A stretch of 22,476 nt of DNA from Nannocystales bacterium (GCA_050633305.1 JBOEGF010000071.1:1-22476), one strand, 5' to 3'; counted from the first letter of the stretch, positions 1 through 10,740 are shown. Numbers and translations: made by a program. Notes: a model not told the origin generated them from the sequence alone.

Positions 1-126
1 GCCCTCGCCGAGGTGCTCTGGGCTCCCTCGCTGCGGCCTTTGCTCACTGGCGTGGTGCGGTGACTCGTGTTTAGGGGACCGCGCCGGGCGTTTTCAATCG
101 GGAGGTTCGCCGGTAGTCTGCGCCCG

Positions 127-1740
<1,614 letters not shown>

Positions 1741-1864
1741 TGCGGTTCCGCGACCGAGTACAACGGCCGTCGGCTGCGCCCGCGTGGACCCTTCTGGGCG
1801 TCCGCGGCGCTCGGATTGCTCCAGGCGGCCCAAGGCGCTGGCGCAGCCTGCTGAACGTGGCACC

Positions 1865-2272
1865 ATGAAGGAGATGCGGTCGCTTCTCTTGTTGGCCCTG
1901 GCCGGGCTTGGCGCATGCGCCACGCCGGGGGCGTCGGCACGCTCGCTGCACTACGTCGACGACGCGTTGGTCTACTCCAACCCGCCGTCCGCGTTGGCGT
2001 ACGAGGCATACCTTCGAGCACGCGTTGCATTGTCCAGTGAGCCACCCAGGCTCGAGCAGGCGCGCGCGGAGATCGAGGTCGCCCTCCACTACGACCGTCG
2101 CGCTCCCCATCTATGGTCGACCCAGGCCGAGATCGCAGCCCTTCAGGGTGACGACGAAGCTGCCGTGAACTCGGCCGAGCGAGCGCTCGCTCTGCGTCCG
2201 GGTTACGCCCCAGCGCGGGCGGTGCTGACCGACGTTCGTGGTGGTCCCCGGGCTGCCCACGTCCCCGGCTGA
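1865..2272 (+). CDS. Lipoprotein with TPR-like repeats
   Basis: Signal peptide MKEMRSLLLLALAGLGAC with lipobox. Helical TPR-like segments 'ARAEIEVALHYDRRAPHLWSTQAEIAALQGDDEAAVNSAERALALRPGYAPA'. Confidence 0.7.
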   Translation: MKEMRSLLLLALAGLGACATPGASARSLHYVDDALVYSNPPSALAYEAYLRARVALSSEPPRLEQARAEIEVALHYDRRAPHLWSTQAEIAALQGDDEAAVNSAERALALRPGYAPARAVLTDVRGGPRAAHVPG

Positions 2273-2379
2273 GGGACGTCGGTCTCCGCCGTACTGCACT
2301 GCGGCCCCATCGTGAGGGGCTGGTGCGCGGCTTCCATTCGTGGCAGGCCGACCATGGCTGGCGGCCCGTCGATGTGGCC

Positions 2380-3080
2380 TCAGACCGTAAAGGGGTTGTT
2401 GTGGGGGGCCGCATGTCCGGCGGCCTGCCACCGGGCGAGTTGGGCCTCTTCCCTCGCTTTGGCTTTCTTGGCGCGGTGGACTCCCCACCCGCTTCCCACG
2501 AGCCCGAGAGCCCCGGCCACCAGGAGAAACCACGAGCGCTTTGGGTGGGGGGTCTCGTCGAGTTCGATGACCGGTTCGTCGGTACGAAAGCCCCGTAGCC
2601 CTTGGTCGAGGAGTCTGCGGTCCGTCGAGTCAACGCGCGCCGTCATGCCCGTGCGCGGGGTCTTGAACAGCGCCGTCGAGGCCGCGAGCGGGGTGGTGTC
2701 CGGGGTCGCCTCCGGCTCGTGCTCTGCTGCATCGAGGGCTTCCAAGACGGCGGGGTCGTCGACCTTCAGGATGCCCGCTTGCTCGCCCGTGCGTGGATCG
2801 CTCAGAGCGACAACAGGGAGTCGCTTCCGCGGTCGTCGAATACCAACACGGAGTTCTCGAAGTCGGGCTCGCACGCAGACACGTCGACCCAGGCGCCGGG
2901 GCCGAGCTCGGCGGCTAGACCATCGCGGCACGGGTGGATCGTGGGGGCGGGGTTGTCGCTCGCCTCGAGCGTGCCCTGGACGCCGACCAAGAGGCCCAAC
3001 GTGCTGAACGCGAGGCCCAACGCGGGCGCGGTGAAAAGGTGCTTGTTCCGCCGAGGCGGGTGTCCGAGCGGTGGCACCAC
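2380..3080 (-). pseudogene. Membrane protein gene split by a single-base frameshift near 2816-2820 (or a sequencing error)
   Basis: ORF 2802-3080 (N-terminal TM, then ...FENSVLVFDDRGSDS) reads on naturally in another frame (VVALSDPRTGEQAGILKVDD...TM SWFLLVAGALGLVGSGWGV...). One extra C in the minus-strand run TCCCTG would fuse them. Confidence 0.6.
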
Positions 3081-3124
3081 TGCGGCGTATCACCAGGCGC
3101 GGCACCGGGCCAAGCGCGGAGGGC

Positions 3125-3589
3125 TCAGAGGTACGTGCTGAGGTAGAGAACCAGGCAGTACCAAGGCATCCCGGCGAGCAGCAGGGCGCGGCGGGCCTGC
3201 GAGATGCTGGGGCGGTCGCCACCTTTGATCAGCGCAGCCACGGCAACACACCACGAGAAGGCGGCTGTGACGACGGCCAGTGCGAACGCCTTGAGGACGT
3301 AGGGCGCGAACATCGGCAGGAGCGCGCCGAGTCCGGCGACGAGGGTGAGCCCAACGGGAACCGTGGCGCTGCCCAATGCGATCCGGGCCAACCAGTTCGG
3401 TTGGTCCGAGGCTGCGGACGAAGGCTTGCGCAGGAAGGAGACGACCCACGCGAGCAAGAAGGTGAAGGCGCCCAGGAGCGCAAATGCGATGCCGCCCAGC
3501 GCGAGGATCTCTTGGATCCGCTGCAAGAGCTCCCGAAGCCGGTCGAGGTCGGGGAGTCCCAGGAGGACGTAGTTCGCCAAGACCACCAT
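3125..3589 (-). CDS. Hypothetical multi-pass membrane protein
   Basis: 154 aa with about four hydrophobic segments; co-oriented with the downstream minus-strand gene. Confidence 0.7.
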   Translation of the reverse strand: MVVLANYVLLGLPDLDRLRELLQRIQEILALGGIAFALLGAFTFLLAWVVSFLRKPSSAASDQPNWLARIALGSATVPVGLTLVAGLGALLPMFAPYVLKAFALAVVTAAFSWCVAVAALIKGGDRPSISQARRALLLAGMPWYCLVLYLSTYL

Positions 3590-3689
3590 GGAAGCAGTGT
3601 AGCACCGCGGTTTGCTCGCGCATGAACCGTCGGCGCCGAGTGCGGAGGTCGACCGCGCAGGGCGGCCGGTTTCGCGTACCGTGCCCGCG

Positions 3690-4277
3690 ATGGAGCCTCA
3701 GGCCCTAGTCTTCGACTTCGACGGGACGCTGGTCGACAGCATGCCGATGCACTTCCGCTGTTGGCAGCTCGCGCTAGAGCCATTCGGGCTCACGTTCGAC
3801 CACGAGACATTTCAGAACTGGGGCGGGGTCCCAACCCGCGAAATCGTCGGCCGGCTGAGCCGAGCCCAAGGGGTTACGGTCGATGTGGAGGTCGTCATCG
3901 ATGCGAAGGAAACGCTGACCCGCGCGCACGCGCATGAGGCCGCCCCGATCGAGCCGGTTCTCTCGATCGCGCGGACTTCCCGCGGCGTTCTGCCGATGGC
4001 GATTGCGACCGGTGGTCCTCGCGCGCTGATCGGGCCGCGCATGGAGGCGCTTGGCATTCACGACTGGTTCGGCGCGGTCGTGACTGCCGACGACGTGACG
4101 CGCGGCAAGCCCGAGCCCGATCCGTTCCTGCTCGCGGCCAAGTTGCTCGGCGTCGACCCGACCCGCTGTCGCGCCTACGAAGACGCGCCGTCCGGACTCG
4201 CCTCGGCCCGCGCGGCGGGCATGGAGGTGATCGACGTCGCGACGCTCATCGGCCCAAACGTCGAACCGCGGATGTGA
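3690..4277 (+). CDS. HAD-family phosphatase (beta-phosphoglucomutase/YqaB-like)
   Basis: HAD motif I FDFDGTLVDS, motif II AIATGG, and GKPEPDPF...YEDAPSG motifs III/IV. Confidence 0.9.
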   Translation: MEPQALVFDFDGTLVDSMPMHFRCWQLALEPFGLTFDHETFQNWGGVPTREIVGRLSRAQGVTVDVEVVIDAKETLTRAHAHEAAPIEPVLSIARTSRGVLPMAIATGGPRALIGPRMEALGIHDWFGAVVTADDVTRGKPEPDPFLLAAKLLGVDPTRCRAYEDAPSGLASARAAGMEVIDVATLIGPNVEPRM

Positions 4278-5160
4278 AGCTCGACTGGCTGCGGAATCCC
4301 GCCTGAGCAGCGGCGTCCGATACGGCCAGCATGCCGTCGGCGAGGAGCGCTTGGCAGCGACGAACTTTGCGGAGCTGCAAGTACTCGCTCAGCGGCACGC
4401 CGATGGTGGCACTGAACTCGGCCTTGAACGCCGAGCGTGGGACGCCGGCGATCTCGGCCAGTTCACCGAGCGTCCATGCGTGGGCTGGGTTGCCCTCGAT
4501 CGCCTTGAGCGCGCTGCGGATCCCGAGGGAGGCGAACATGCCGAACAGGCCGAAACGGTCGTCTTGGGCCCCCGCTGCTCGAACCAAAATCTTGCCGAGT
4601 ATCGCCTCCGCAAGCCGGGCTGCGACGTACCGGTCGCCGACGCCGGGCATGAGCACGAGCTTGCTCGCCAGCAGCATGATCTCGACAAGGTCGGCCTCGG
4701 GTCGGTCGATCACGGCATGCCCGGTGACCTCGGGTGCGTTGTCCTCGGTCGCGGGTACGTCGAAGGGGAGTGTCATCAGGCGTGCCTCGACCTGTCCCCC
4801 GGTGGCATAGTTGTGCACGGTGCCGTGGGGCAGGTCTCCCTCGTGCTCGATCAGGTGTGTGTCGTCGATCGGTAGGCGAGAGCCAACCGTGTGGGGGACA
4901 TCGCGCGGCAGGAGGAGCATTCCTCCCTGCGGGATCCGCACCGGCGACTCGCCCAAACCGTCCACGAGTGCGCTGCCTTGGACCATGCAGTGCACGACCG
5001 CGTGCTTCGAGCCTGGGTACCGGACGCCCCACGGGCCGTTGAAGGACCACTGCTCCACGTACGCCGACTTCGCCCCGGATGCGCGCGCGACGTCGCTGAG
5101 CGGATCCGACGGGGCGTGCGTGGGAGCGACGCGGTTCGACGAGGCGCGAAAGAACGGCAT
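4246..5160 (-). CDS. AraC-family transcriptional regulator with N-terminal cupin domain
   Basis: 'DPLSDV...PWGVRYP...HCMVQG...LLLPRDVPH' cupin, then 'PAHAWTLGELAEIAGVPRSAFKAEFSATIG...AAQAGFRSQSSF' AraC HTH. The 3' end overlaps the convergent HAD gene by 32 bp. Confidence 0.88.
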   Translation of the reverse strand: MPFFRASSNRVAPTHAPSDPLSDVARASGAKSAYVEQWSFNGPWGVRYPGSKHAVVHCMVQGSALVDGLGESPVRIPQGGMLLLPRDVPHTVGSRLPIDDTHLIEHEGDLPHGTVHNYATGGQVEARLMTLPFDVPATEDNAPEVTGHAVIDRPEADLVEIMLLASKLVLMPGVGDRYVAARLAEAILGKILVRAAGAQDDRFGLFGMFASLGIRSALKAIEGNPAHAWTLGELAEIAGVPRSAFKAEFSATIGVPLSEYLQLRKVRRCQALLADGMLAVSDAAAQAGFRSQSSFTSAVRRLGR

Positions 5161-5262
5161 GCCCCGGAGCGTACCGGGGCGTGGGGCGGTCCATGCCCAG
5201 CGGAAACGGTTCTGCGCCGGTCCGCCTTGCCTCGGCTCTCACACTGGAGTACATGGTCGCAC

Positions 5263-6951
5263 ATGGTCCGCTCCGGTTTGCCGCTCGCTCTCGCCCTCTC
5301 GTTGACCGCGTGTGGGGCTGCCACGGCCGAGTCCGGCTCCGCGGCTGAAACGGTCGGCGGAAAGGCCGACGGCATCGGCGACGGCGAGCTGTGTCCTCCG
5401 ACCGTCGCCTTGAATGCGGGGGTCGGTTCGGCGAAGCGTTGCTACGAGGTGGGCTCGGGGCAGTTCGTCCCCACCGCCTGCTGCGAAGACCTGTGCGTCG
5501 GCGCATCGATGCGCGAGCAGAGCAACGGGGACCGCTGCGCGTGGACCTCTGAGCCTGGCCTGGAGGGCGCGACTCAGGGTCAGTTTGCACCGCAGCTTTG
5601 CTGTGACCTCAACGAGGACCTCGCGTGTGGCCGTGCCACGAGTTCAGGCGATGCGTGTGTCGATCCTCAGACGGGCGCCGTGGTCGAGGACGCTTGCTGC
5701 GCGGACGAGCCTGCCGCTTGCCACCCCTCGATCGCCTCGGCGATCTCCGGGTGCGTCTACGCGCAGGTCGAAAGCCTGAGCGAGGAAGGGCTCCCGCTCC
5801 CAACCCAGCGCGCACTGTTCGAGGCGTGCACCGCAGAGCTCGATGGCGTTGCGGGTCTGATCGACCAACGGTGTGCGTTCCAGCCGGAGCTCGCGTTCTG
5901 CGGTCTCGACTTCGAGACGGTCGCGAGCGAGTTCATCGCGCCATGTGCCGTCACTGAGCAGGACCGCTACGGGTGCTCGTTGGGCCTGACCTACGCCAGC
6001 ACGCCGATGCAGGCTCACATCACGACGGTGGACCGGGTCGAGTACACCTTGGCCTCGGCTCAGGGCGCAGGCCCGACCCAGCAGGCTCAGATCGCGGCCG
6101 CTGCAAGTGGGGTGTACGGCGAAACACTCACCTTGAGCGAGGCGTTCGACAGGGTCGACGCGGGCCGCATCAACGTGGTCGAGTTCTACGACCTGAGCAA
6201 CAACGCCGCATACACGGCGATCGAGTTCGGTGCGGGAGACACGTCGGTCGGCGCGTTCTTCCTGGCAGGAACCACGCAGAACATTGCGGACATCGGTGAT
6301 GGCGACATCCTCAACTGCGACGCCCCGGTGGGGTCGGGCGGGAACCTCTGCGCGCACAACGACGATTGCGCGGACGGCTTCCGCTGCCAGGGGAGAGCCG
6401 ACGAGCCCAACCCGATCAGCACCCCGGTGGGCCTGTGCATCGATGTGAACGCGCCGTCATCGTTCGAGGACTGCACCAGTCTCCGCGGCTGCGAACAGGG
6501 CTACTGCGCTGGCCTGGTCGCCTTCGACGGCACGGGCATGTGCTCGCCCGGATGGATGTTCGGGGAGCGCAGCAACGACGAGTTGCTGGCCGTCGATGGA
6601 ACTTCAGCGCGCAGTGACGTGCTGCTCTACGGTCAGGCGAGCGTGCCGATGGATCTCGAACTGACGCTCGAGCTGTTCCACGACATCGATACCGCGGACC
6701 TCACGGTGGAGCTGTTGATCCCCGGATACGAGGGCAGTCCCGACGAAGACCGGCCCCGGATCACGGTGTGGCCTGCTGAAGGCGTCACGACGCCGCACCC
6801 CACAGGAGGCCTCGTGACGATTCCGGTTCGAGCGTTTGGCGACGAGTCGATCAACGGAGCCTGGACGGTGATTGTCAGCGAGGACGGCCTCGATGGTGTG
6901 GGCGGCGGGGTCTTCGGCTGGACGCTGGGCTACAGCAGCCGGTGGGACTGA
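5263..6951 (+). CDS. Cys-rich secreted lipoprotein with C-terminal proprotein-convertase P-domain-like fold
   Basis: Lipobox LTAC, GKADG motif, many Cys/CC pairs. The C-terminus 'HDIDTADLTVEL...FGDESINGAWTVIVSEDG...GWTLGY' resembles a P-domain. Start set at ATG 5263. Confidence 0.72.
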   Translation: MVRSGLPLALALSLTACGAATAESGSAAETVGGKADGIGDGELCPPTVALNAGVGSAKRCYEVGSGQFVPTACCEDLCVGASMREQSNGDRCAWTSEPGLEGATQGQFAPQLCCDLNEDLACGRATSSGDACVDPQTGAVVEDACCADEPAACHPSIASAISGCVYAQVESLSEEGLPLPTQRALFEACTAELDGVAGLIDQRCAFQPELAFCGLDFETVASEFIAPCAVTEQDRYGCSLGLTYASTPMQAHITTVDRVEYTLASAQGAGPTQQAQIAAAASGVYGETLTLSEAFDRVDAGRINVVEFYDLSNNAAYTAIEFGAGDTSVGAFFLAGTTQNIADIGDGDILNCDAPVGSGGNLCAHNDDCADGFRCQGRADEPNPISTPVGLCIDVNAPSSFEDCTSLRGCEQGYCAGLVAFDGTGMCSPGWMFGERSNDELLAVDGTSARSDVLLYGQASVPMDLELTLELFHDIDTADLTVELLIPGYEGSPDEDRPRITVWPAEGVTTPHPTGGLVTIPVRAFGDESINGAWTVIVSEDGLDGVGGGVFGWTLGYSSRWD

Positions 6952-6981
6952 GTTCACCTCTTTTGCCCCCCCGGGTGCCCG

Positions 6982-7398
6982 CTACGGGGTCTTGGCCTCG
7001 GGTCCGTTCGGGCGCTCGACGAAGTAGCGCGTCTCCTCTTGGTCGCGCTCCCAGTCCGCGCGCGAGCCGTAGAAGATGTGGTTCTTGAAACCGGCATCCA
7101 GCGGGTCGTCGAGCGTGCCCGCGGTCAGGTAGATGTTGTTCTCATCTTCTTCGGCCGGCAGGGGCGTGCCACACGTCTTGCAACGCGTGATCGTGTAGCT
7201 GGGGCGTAGTGCGTACGTGACCCGATGGTCCTCACCGCTGAGCCACTCGAAACGCTCGCGCGGAACGACGACGATCGTGTTGCCTGCCCCCCCGCTGGCT
7301 TTGCGGCAATTGGAGCAGTGACACATCCACACGCCGTCAAACTCGCCGTCGATCGCGTAGGTGAGCGCGCCACACAAACAGCTTCCCTTGCGTCGCAT
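6982..7398 (-). CDS. GFA-family (Mss4-like, Zn-binding) protein
   Basis: GSCLCG...CHCSNCRKASG...CKTCGTPL motifs; start at ATG 7398. Confidence 0.9.
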   Translation of the reverse strand: MRRKGSCLCGALTYAIDGEFDGVWMCHCSNCRKASGGAGNTIVVVPRERFEWLSGEDHRVTYALRPSYTITRCKTCGTPLPAEEDENNIYLTAGTLDDPLDAGFKNHIFYGSRADWERDQEETRYFVERPNGPEAKTP

Positions 7399-7470
7399 GA
7401 GCAGAGTGTATGTCGGCGAACCTCCGGACGAGCAGCTCCGAGCCCGCGTTCCCCGCTCCCGACGTGCTTC

Positions 7471-7510
7471 AAAAAAGCAAAGGGCCTCGCAGTTCACCTG
7501 CGAGGCCCTT
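7471..7510 (-). terminator. Rho-independent terminator downstream of the tRNA 3' end
   Basis: 13-bp perfect stem AAGGGCCTCGCAG/CTGCGAGGCCCTT with a 5-nt loop, followed on the minus strand by TGCTTTTTT. Confidence 0.8.
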
Positions 7511-7516
7511 CTTCAG

Positions 7517-7558
7517 TACACACGGCAGGAGTCGAACCTGCGACTTTCGGCTTCGGAA
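7517..7558 (-). tRNA. 3' half of tRNA-Arg(CCG): truncated fragment serving as attachment site of the integrated element
   Basis: Minus strand reads TTCCGAA (anticodon loop, CCG), GCCGA, AAGTC, GCAGG TTCGACT CCTGC (T arm), CGTGTGT, A. The 5' anticodon stem, D arm and 5' acceptor strand are absent. Confidence 0.85.
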
Positions 7559-7689
7559 ATGGTGAAAACGGGCTCCCATGGAGTACCGCCAAGGGCCTAA
7601 AACTGCCCTGAACCTGTCCCTACGAGGGGGCCCAGAGCGCTTTCAGCTGGCGTCGATGGTAGTCGTCGGTAGCTTGTTGGAGACGTCTT

Positions 7690-9075
7690 ATGCCCCCCGA
7701 GCGTCCCCTGGAATCACCACCTTCTGGCCGTCGAGACCGTCCGTCCCGGTCTCGCGTCTTGTCCGACCGGCAGCTCCAACGCCTGCCGATCGGCGAGCAC
7801 GCCGTGGGTCAGGTCCCCGGCCTCGTCGTCCGAGTGCGGGCGAAGAGCGTGAAGATTTTCGCCCTGCGATACCGAAACGACGCTGGGAAGAAACGCATCC
7901 TCACCTTGGGTCGGTACCCCGACGAGTTGTCCTTGGGCGATGCTCGCGCACGGGCCAGCGAGGCACGGCTTGCGATTCGTGAGGGGCGGGACCCGTTCGC
8001 GGAGCGCACCGCGCGGAAGCGTGCCGCGGAGGAGAACGGGGAGAGGACGATCGAAACTGCAATCGGCTGGTGGCTGGATGGTGTCGAACGCAGACTCTCG
8101 CCCTCGACGCTTCGGACGTACCGGACGTCGGCACGCAAGTTCGGTGACTGGGCGAAGCGTCGCGTGTCGCTCGCGTCTGAGCTGGACCGTGGGGCCCTGG
8201 CGAACTTCCGGGCGTTCCTCACCACGCAGCCGAAGGCTCTCCCGGCCCGCGGGAAGGGCCGCGGCCGCAAGCGGGTTACAGAGGCCCGGTGCTCCCCGGT
8301 CGGAGTCAACCGCGACCTCCGGTGCGTGAAGACGATGCTCGGTGCGTTGCGGAAGGCGGGCTGGCTACCGCTGCTCGACAGCGACGCGATCACGGACAAC
8401 CTCGCGGCTCTGCCGATCCCGCACGAGGCCCCGCGGTACTTCTCCAAGCTCGAGATCCGCCAGCTCCTGGCCGCCTGCCAGGAGCACGACGAGTCGATTT
8501 TCAAGCAGACCAGGTTCGAGCATGCCCGTGGGCTTCCTGGGGGGACGCCGAGACACCCTCCGATTCGCCCGTTTACCCTGTTCCTCCTCCTGACTGGATG
8601 TCGCCGGGGCGAGGCTTTGTCGCTACGGTGGACGGACGTGGATCTAGATTCGGTTGACCAGGATGGGAAGCCTCTGGGGGAGCTGCGCCTGCAGGCTTCT
8701 GACGTAAAGACACGAACGGCGCGAACGGTCTTCCTCGACCACACTCCCTTGTTGCGCTCGATGCTGATCGAGATGCGCGACAACGCGAAGGGAGAGCGGG
8801 TCTTCGAAGGCCTCACCGCCGGAGCTGTTGAGTCTGCGCGCAAGCGCTTGTTGCGAGAGCACAGCGCGATCGCGTTCCTGTGGAAGGACTTTAGGTCAAC
8901 GGCGGCGACATACCTGACGAATGCGTCGGGGATCTTCGGGTCCGCGACGATTCACCAGTCGGCGCGGCAGCTTGGCCATAGCGCGGCTGTTGCTGAGCGG
9001 CACTACCTTGGCGTGCTGCGCGGGATCCCGAAGACGGCGAGGACGCTGGAAGAGGCGATGGGGGTGGAGGGGTGA
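7690..9075 (+). CDS. int: Tyrosine recombinase/integrase with N-terminal arm-binding domain
   Basis: Arm domain 'VPGLVVRV...FALRYR...KKRILTLGRYPDELSLGDARARA'. Catalytic LTGCRRGE (R), KTR (K), KDFR (HxxR position), LGHS, RHY (Y). The start could be slightly downstream. Confidence 0.93.
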   Translation: MPPERPLESPPSGRRDRPSRSRVLSDRQLQRLPIGEHAVGQVPGLVVRVRAKSVKIFALRYRNDAGKKRILTLGRYPDELSLGDARARASEARLAIREGRDPFAERTARKRAAEENGERTIETAIGWWLDGVERRLSPSTLRTYRTSARKFGDWAKRRVSLASELDRGALANFRAFLTTQPKALPARGKGRGRKRVTEARCSPVGVNRDLRCVKTMLGALRKAGWLPLLDSDAITDNLAALPIPHEAPRYFSKLEIRQLLAACQEHDESIFKQTRFEHARGLPGGTPRHPPIRPFTLFLLLTGCRRGEALSLRWTDVDLDSVDQDGKPLGELRLQASDVKTRTARTVFLDHTPLLRSMLIEMRDNAKGERVFEGLTAGAVESARKRLLREHSAIAFLWKDFRSTAATYLTNASGIFGSATIHQSARQLGHSAAVAERHYLGVLRGIPKTARTLEEAMGVEG

Positions 9076-10667
9076 GGTCACAGGACGAGCTACCTGAAGT
9101 GCACTGGGCCGTTGCGCACCAGCGTGCACCCGCCGTTGACCCCTTCGCCGCGCCGCCTTGGGCCGTGCCGCATCCGGCGGAGCACGAGCACGCATGTGGC
9201 GGGTCCGACGAAATGCCATCGGTGTCTTGCAACCTCGGCCCGTCGTTCAGACCGGAGGGGTTGCCGGACTCGGAGTGGGAGGAGCGTCCAGAGCATGTTG
9301 ACCCTGAACCCAGGCTAGACGCCGCGCGTCGCCAACTCGTAGAGGCCGCTGAGAGACGTGGACTCGCGGAGCGGTTCTCGGTCAAGTTCTCGTGGGCGTC
9401 GAGGGCAAGCGGCGCAATCGACCAGGAGGAACTCGTACAAGCTGCGCGGATGGGGATCGTTCGCCGTGCAGCGAGCTTCAAGCCGAAGACCGGAACGTTC
9501 GAGGGTTGGTTCCGCAGTGCGAGTGCGAGCGTTTTGGTGGCGAGCGAACGGTTCACAACGTGGGTGCGCCTGGGGGCCAAGGCCGAGATTCGGGCGCTCA
9601 TCGACTCCTCCGGACACGACGTCTCGCTTGACCGTAACCATCGCGAGAGGCTCCGCAGGCAAGAGAAGGCGGCTGAGCTGTTCGACACGATCATGGGCCG
9701 GGCGCCTACGACGGATGAGCTTGCCTTCGTGCTCGGCACCACGCCCGATAGGGTCGCGCCTTTTCCTGGGCGAGCGGAGCCGCAAACGGAACTCGGGCGG
9801 GCAGAGCCCAGCGATCGGAGGGGGGTCGCCGGCGATGAAGACGTGGGGTGGGCAGACGTTGTCGCGAATGGACACCGCACCTCCGGAGTACTCGAAGAAT
9901 GGGATTTCTCCGCTCCCGAGGCACTCGAGGAAGAATGGGCTAACACGGCTTCTCCGGTGGTAGTCGATGCGGAGACGACCCCCAACTCGCAAAAGGCCCA
10001 AGGCGCAGAAGCCCTTGAGCCCGCAGACCGGATATATCTCCACGTGTACGGTCGCCGGTCCCCCTTTACTGAGAGGCTTCGTAGGCTGGCGGGAGAGCGG
10101 GCGGTGGCAGGGCGGAAACGACTCGCTGCCGCATTTGAGCGCGCCTCGAGGGCCCACAAAGCTAGCGACCCCGACTTCGCAGATGCCGCAGAGGTTTTCC
10201 GCCTCGCGTGGCTCTCGTGGGAGAGGGAAGTCGCATGGGAACGGACCCAAGCGCTAGCACCCAGAGCGAGGCCGCTGGCGCAGCCCTCGATGTTGAATCC
10301 TCAGACGAGAGAGTTTGGGAAGGCACTCGGGAGGATCTTTCCGCAACTCGGAAAGCAGGTCCCGGCCGTACAACCGCGGCCGAACGCGCGCCGCGCCGCT
10401 CGTACGTGGGTGTCCGCGGTCTTGGACCAGGCGCCGGGGCTATCCTCGAAGTCGCTCGCAGCGTTCGTACGCGGGGTCGAGGGTCTCCGCGCCGATGGGG
10501 CCGCGGGCGGGCGGACAGTAGTGGAACTTGCGAGGAACGGCCGGAACGTCTCGGTGGTGTTCGCCAACGGCGAAGCGCTACACGGCCGTGCGGTGGGTCG
10601 AGCCCTTGATGAGGAAAAAAAAATGCGAGGGCGGGCCGCTACCGGGGCACCGGAAGCCAGTGTGTAA
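9072..10667 (+). CDS. Divergent sigma70-like protein (regions 2 and 3 recognisable, region 4 degenerate) with N- and C-terminal extensions
   Basis: AARRQLVEA and EELVQAARMGIVRRAASF (region 2.1-2.2), RFTTWVRLGAKAEIRALI (2.3-2.4), MGRAPTTDELAFVLGTTPDRV (3.0-3.1), GDEDVGWADVV (3.2). GTGA overlap with the integrase stop; start uncertain. Confidence 0.7.
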   Translation: MRSQDELPEVHWAVAHQRAPAVDPFAAPPWAVPHPAEHEHACGGSDEMPSVSCNLGPSFRPEGLPDSEWEERPEHVDPEPRLDAARRQLVEAAERRGLAERFSVKFSWASRASGAIDQEELVQAARMGIVRRAASFKPKTGTFEGWFRSASASVLVASERFTTWVRLGAKAEIRALIDSSGHDVSLDRNHRERLRRQEKAAELFDTIMGRAPTTDELAFVLGTTPDRVAPFPGRAEPQTELGRAEPSDRRGVAGDEDVGWADVVANGHRTSGVLEEWDFSAPEALEEEWANTASPVVVDAETTPNSQKAQGAEALEPADRIYLHVYGRRSPFTERLRRLAGERAVAGRKRLAAAFERASRAHKASDPDFADAAEVFRLAWLSWEREVAWERTQALAPRARPLAQPSMLNPQTREFGKALGRIFPQLGKQVPAVQPRPNARRAARTWVSAVLDQAPGLSSKSLAAFVRGVEGLRADGAAGGRTVVELARNGRNVSVVFANGEALHGRAVGRALDEEKKMRGRAATGAPEASV

Positions 10668-10740
10668 GTAGAGGCCCCGAGCGATGGTGCACGCGGCTTC
10701 TCAAACGTCGACACCGGGCGAGAGCCCAGGAGAAACCGCC

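Noticed and set aside
4891..5262. Long N-terminal extensions given by the ORF track (also 11379-11594, 17701-17871, 19714-19785)
   Set aside because: They overlap other genes or structured intergenic DNA; signal peptides, domain starts and stop-start overlaps point to the downstream starts.
7517..7595. Complete tRNA gene
   Set aside because: Sequence 5' of the anticodon loop cannot form the anticodon stem, D arm or acceptor stem; only the 3' half is present.
7809..10250. Long minus-strand ORFs (7809-8843, 8891-10159, 9315-10250)
   Set aside because: Antisense shadows of the integrase and sigma-like genes, typical of high-GC DNA; Ser/Arg-rich with no motifs.
10615..10623. A9 run as a phase-variation or programmed frameshift site
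   Set aside because: Unusual in this GC-rich DNA, but it lies about 15 codons from the ORF end and I see no convincing alternative product.
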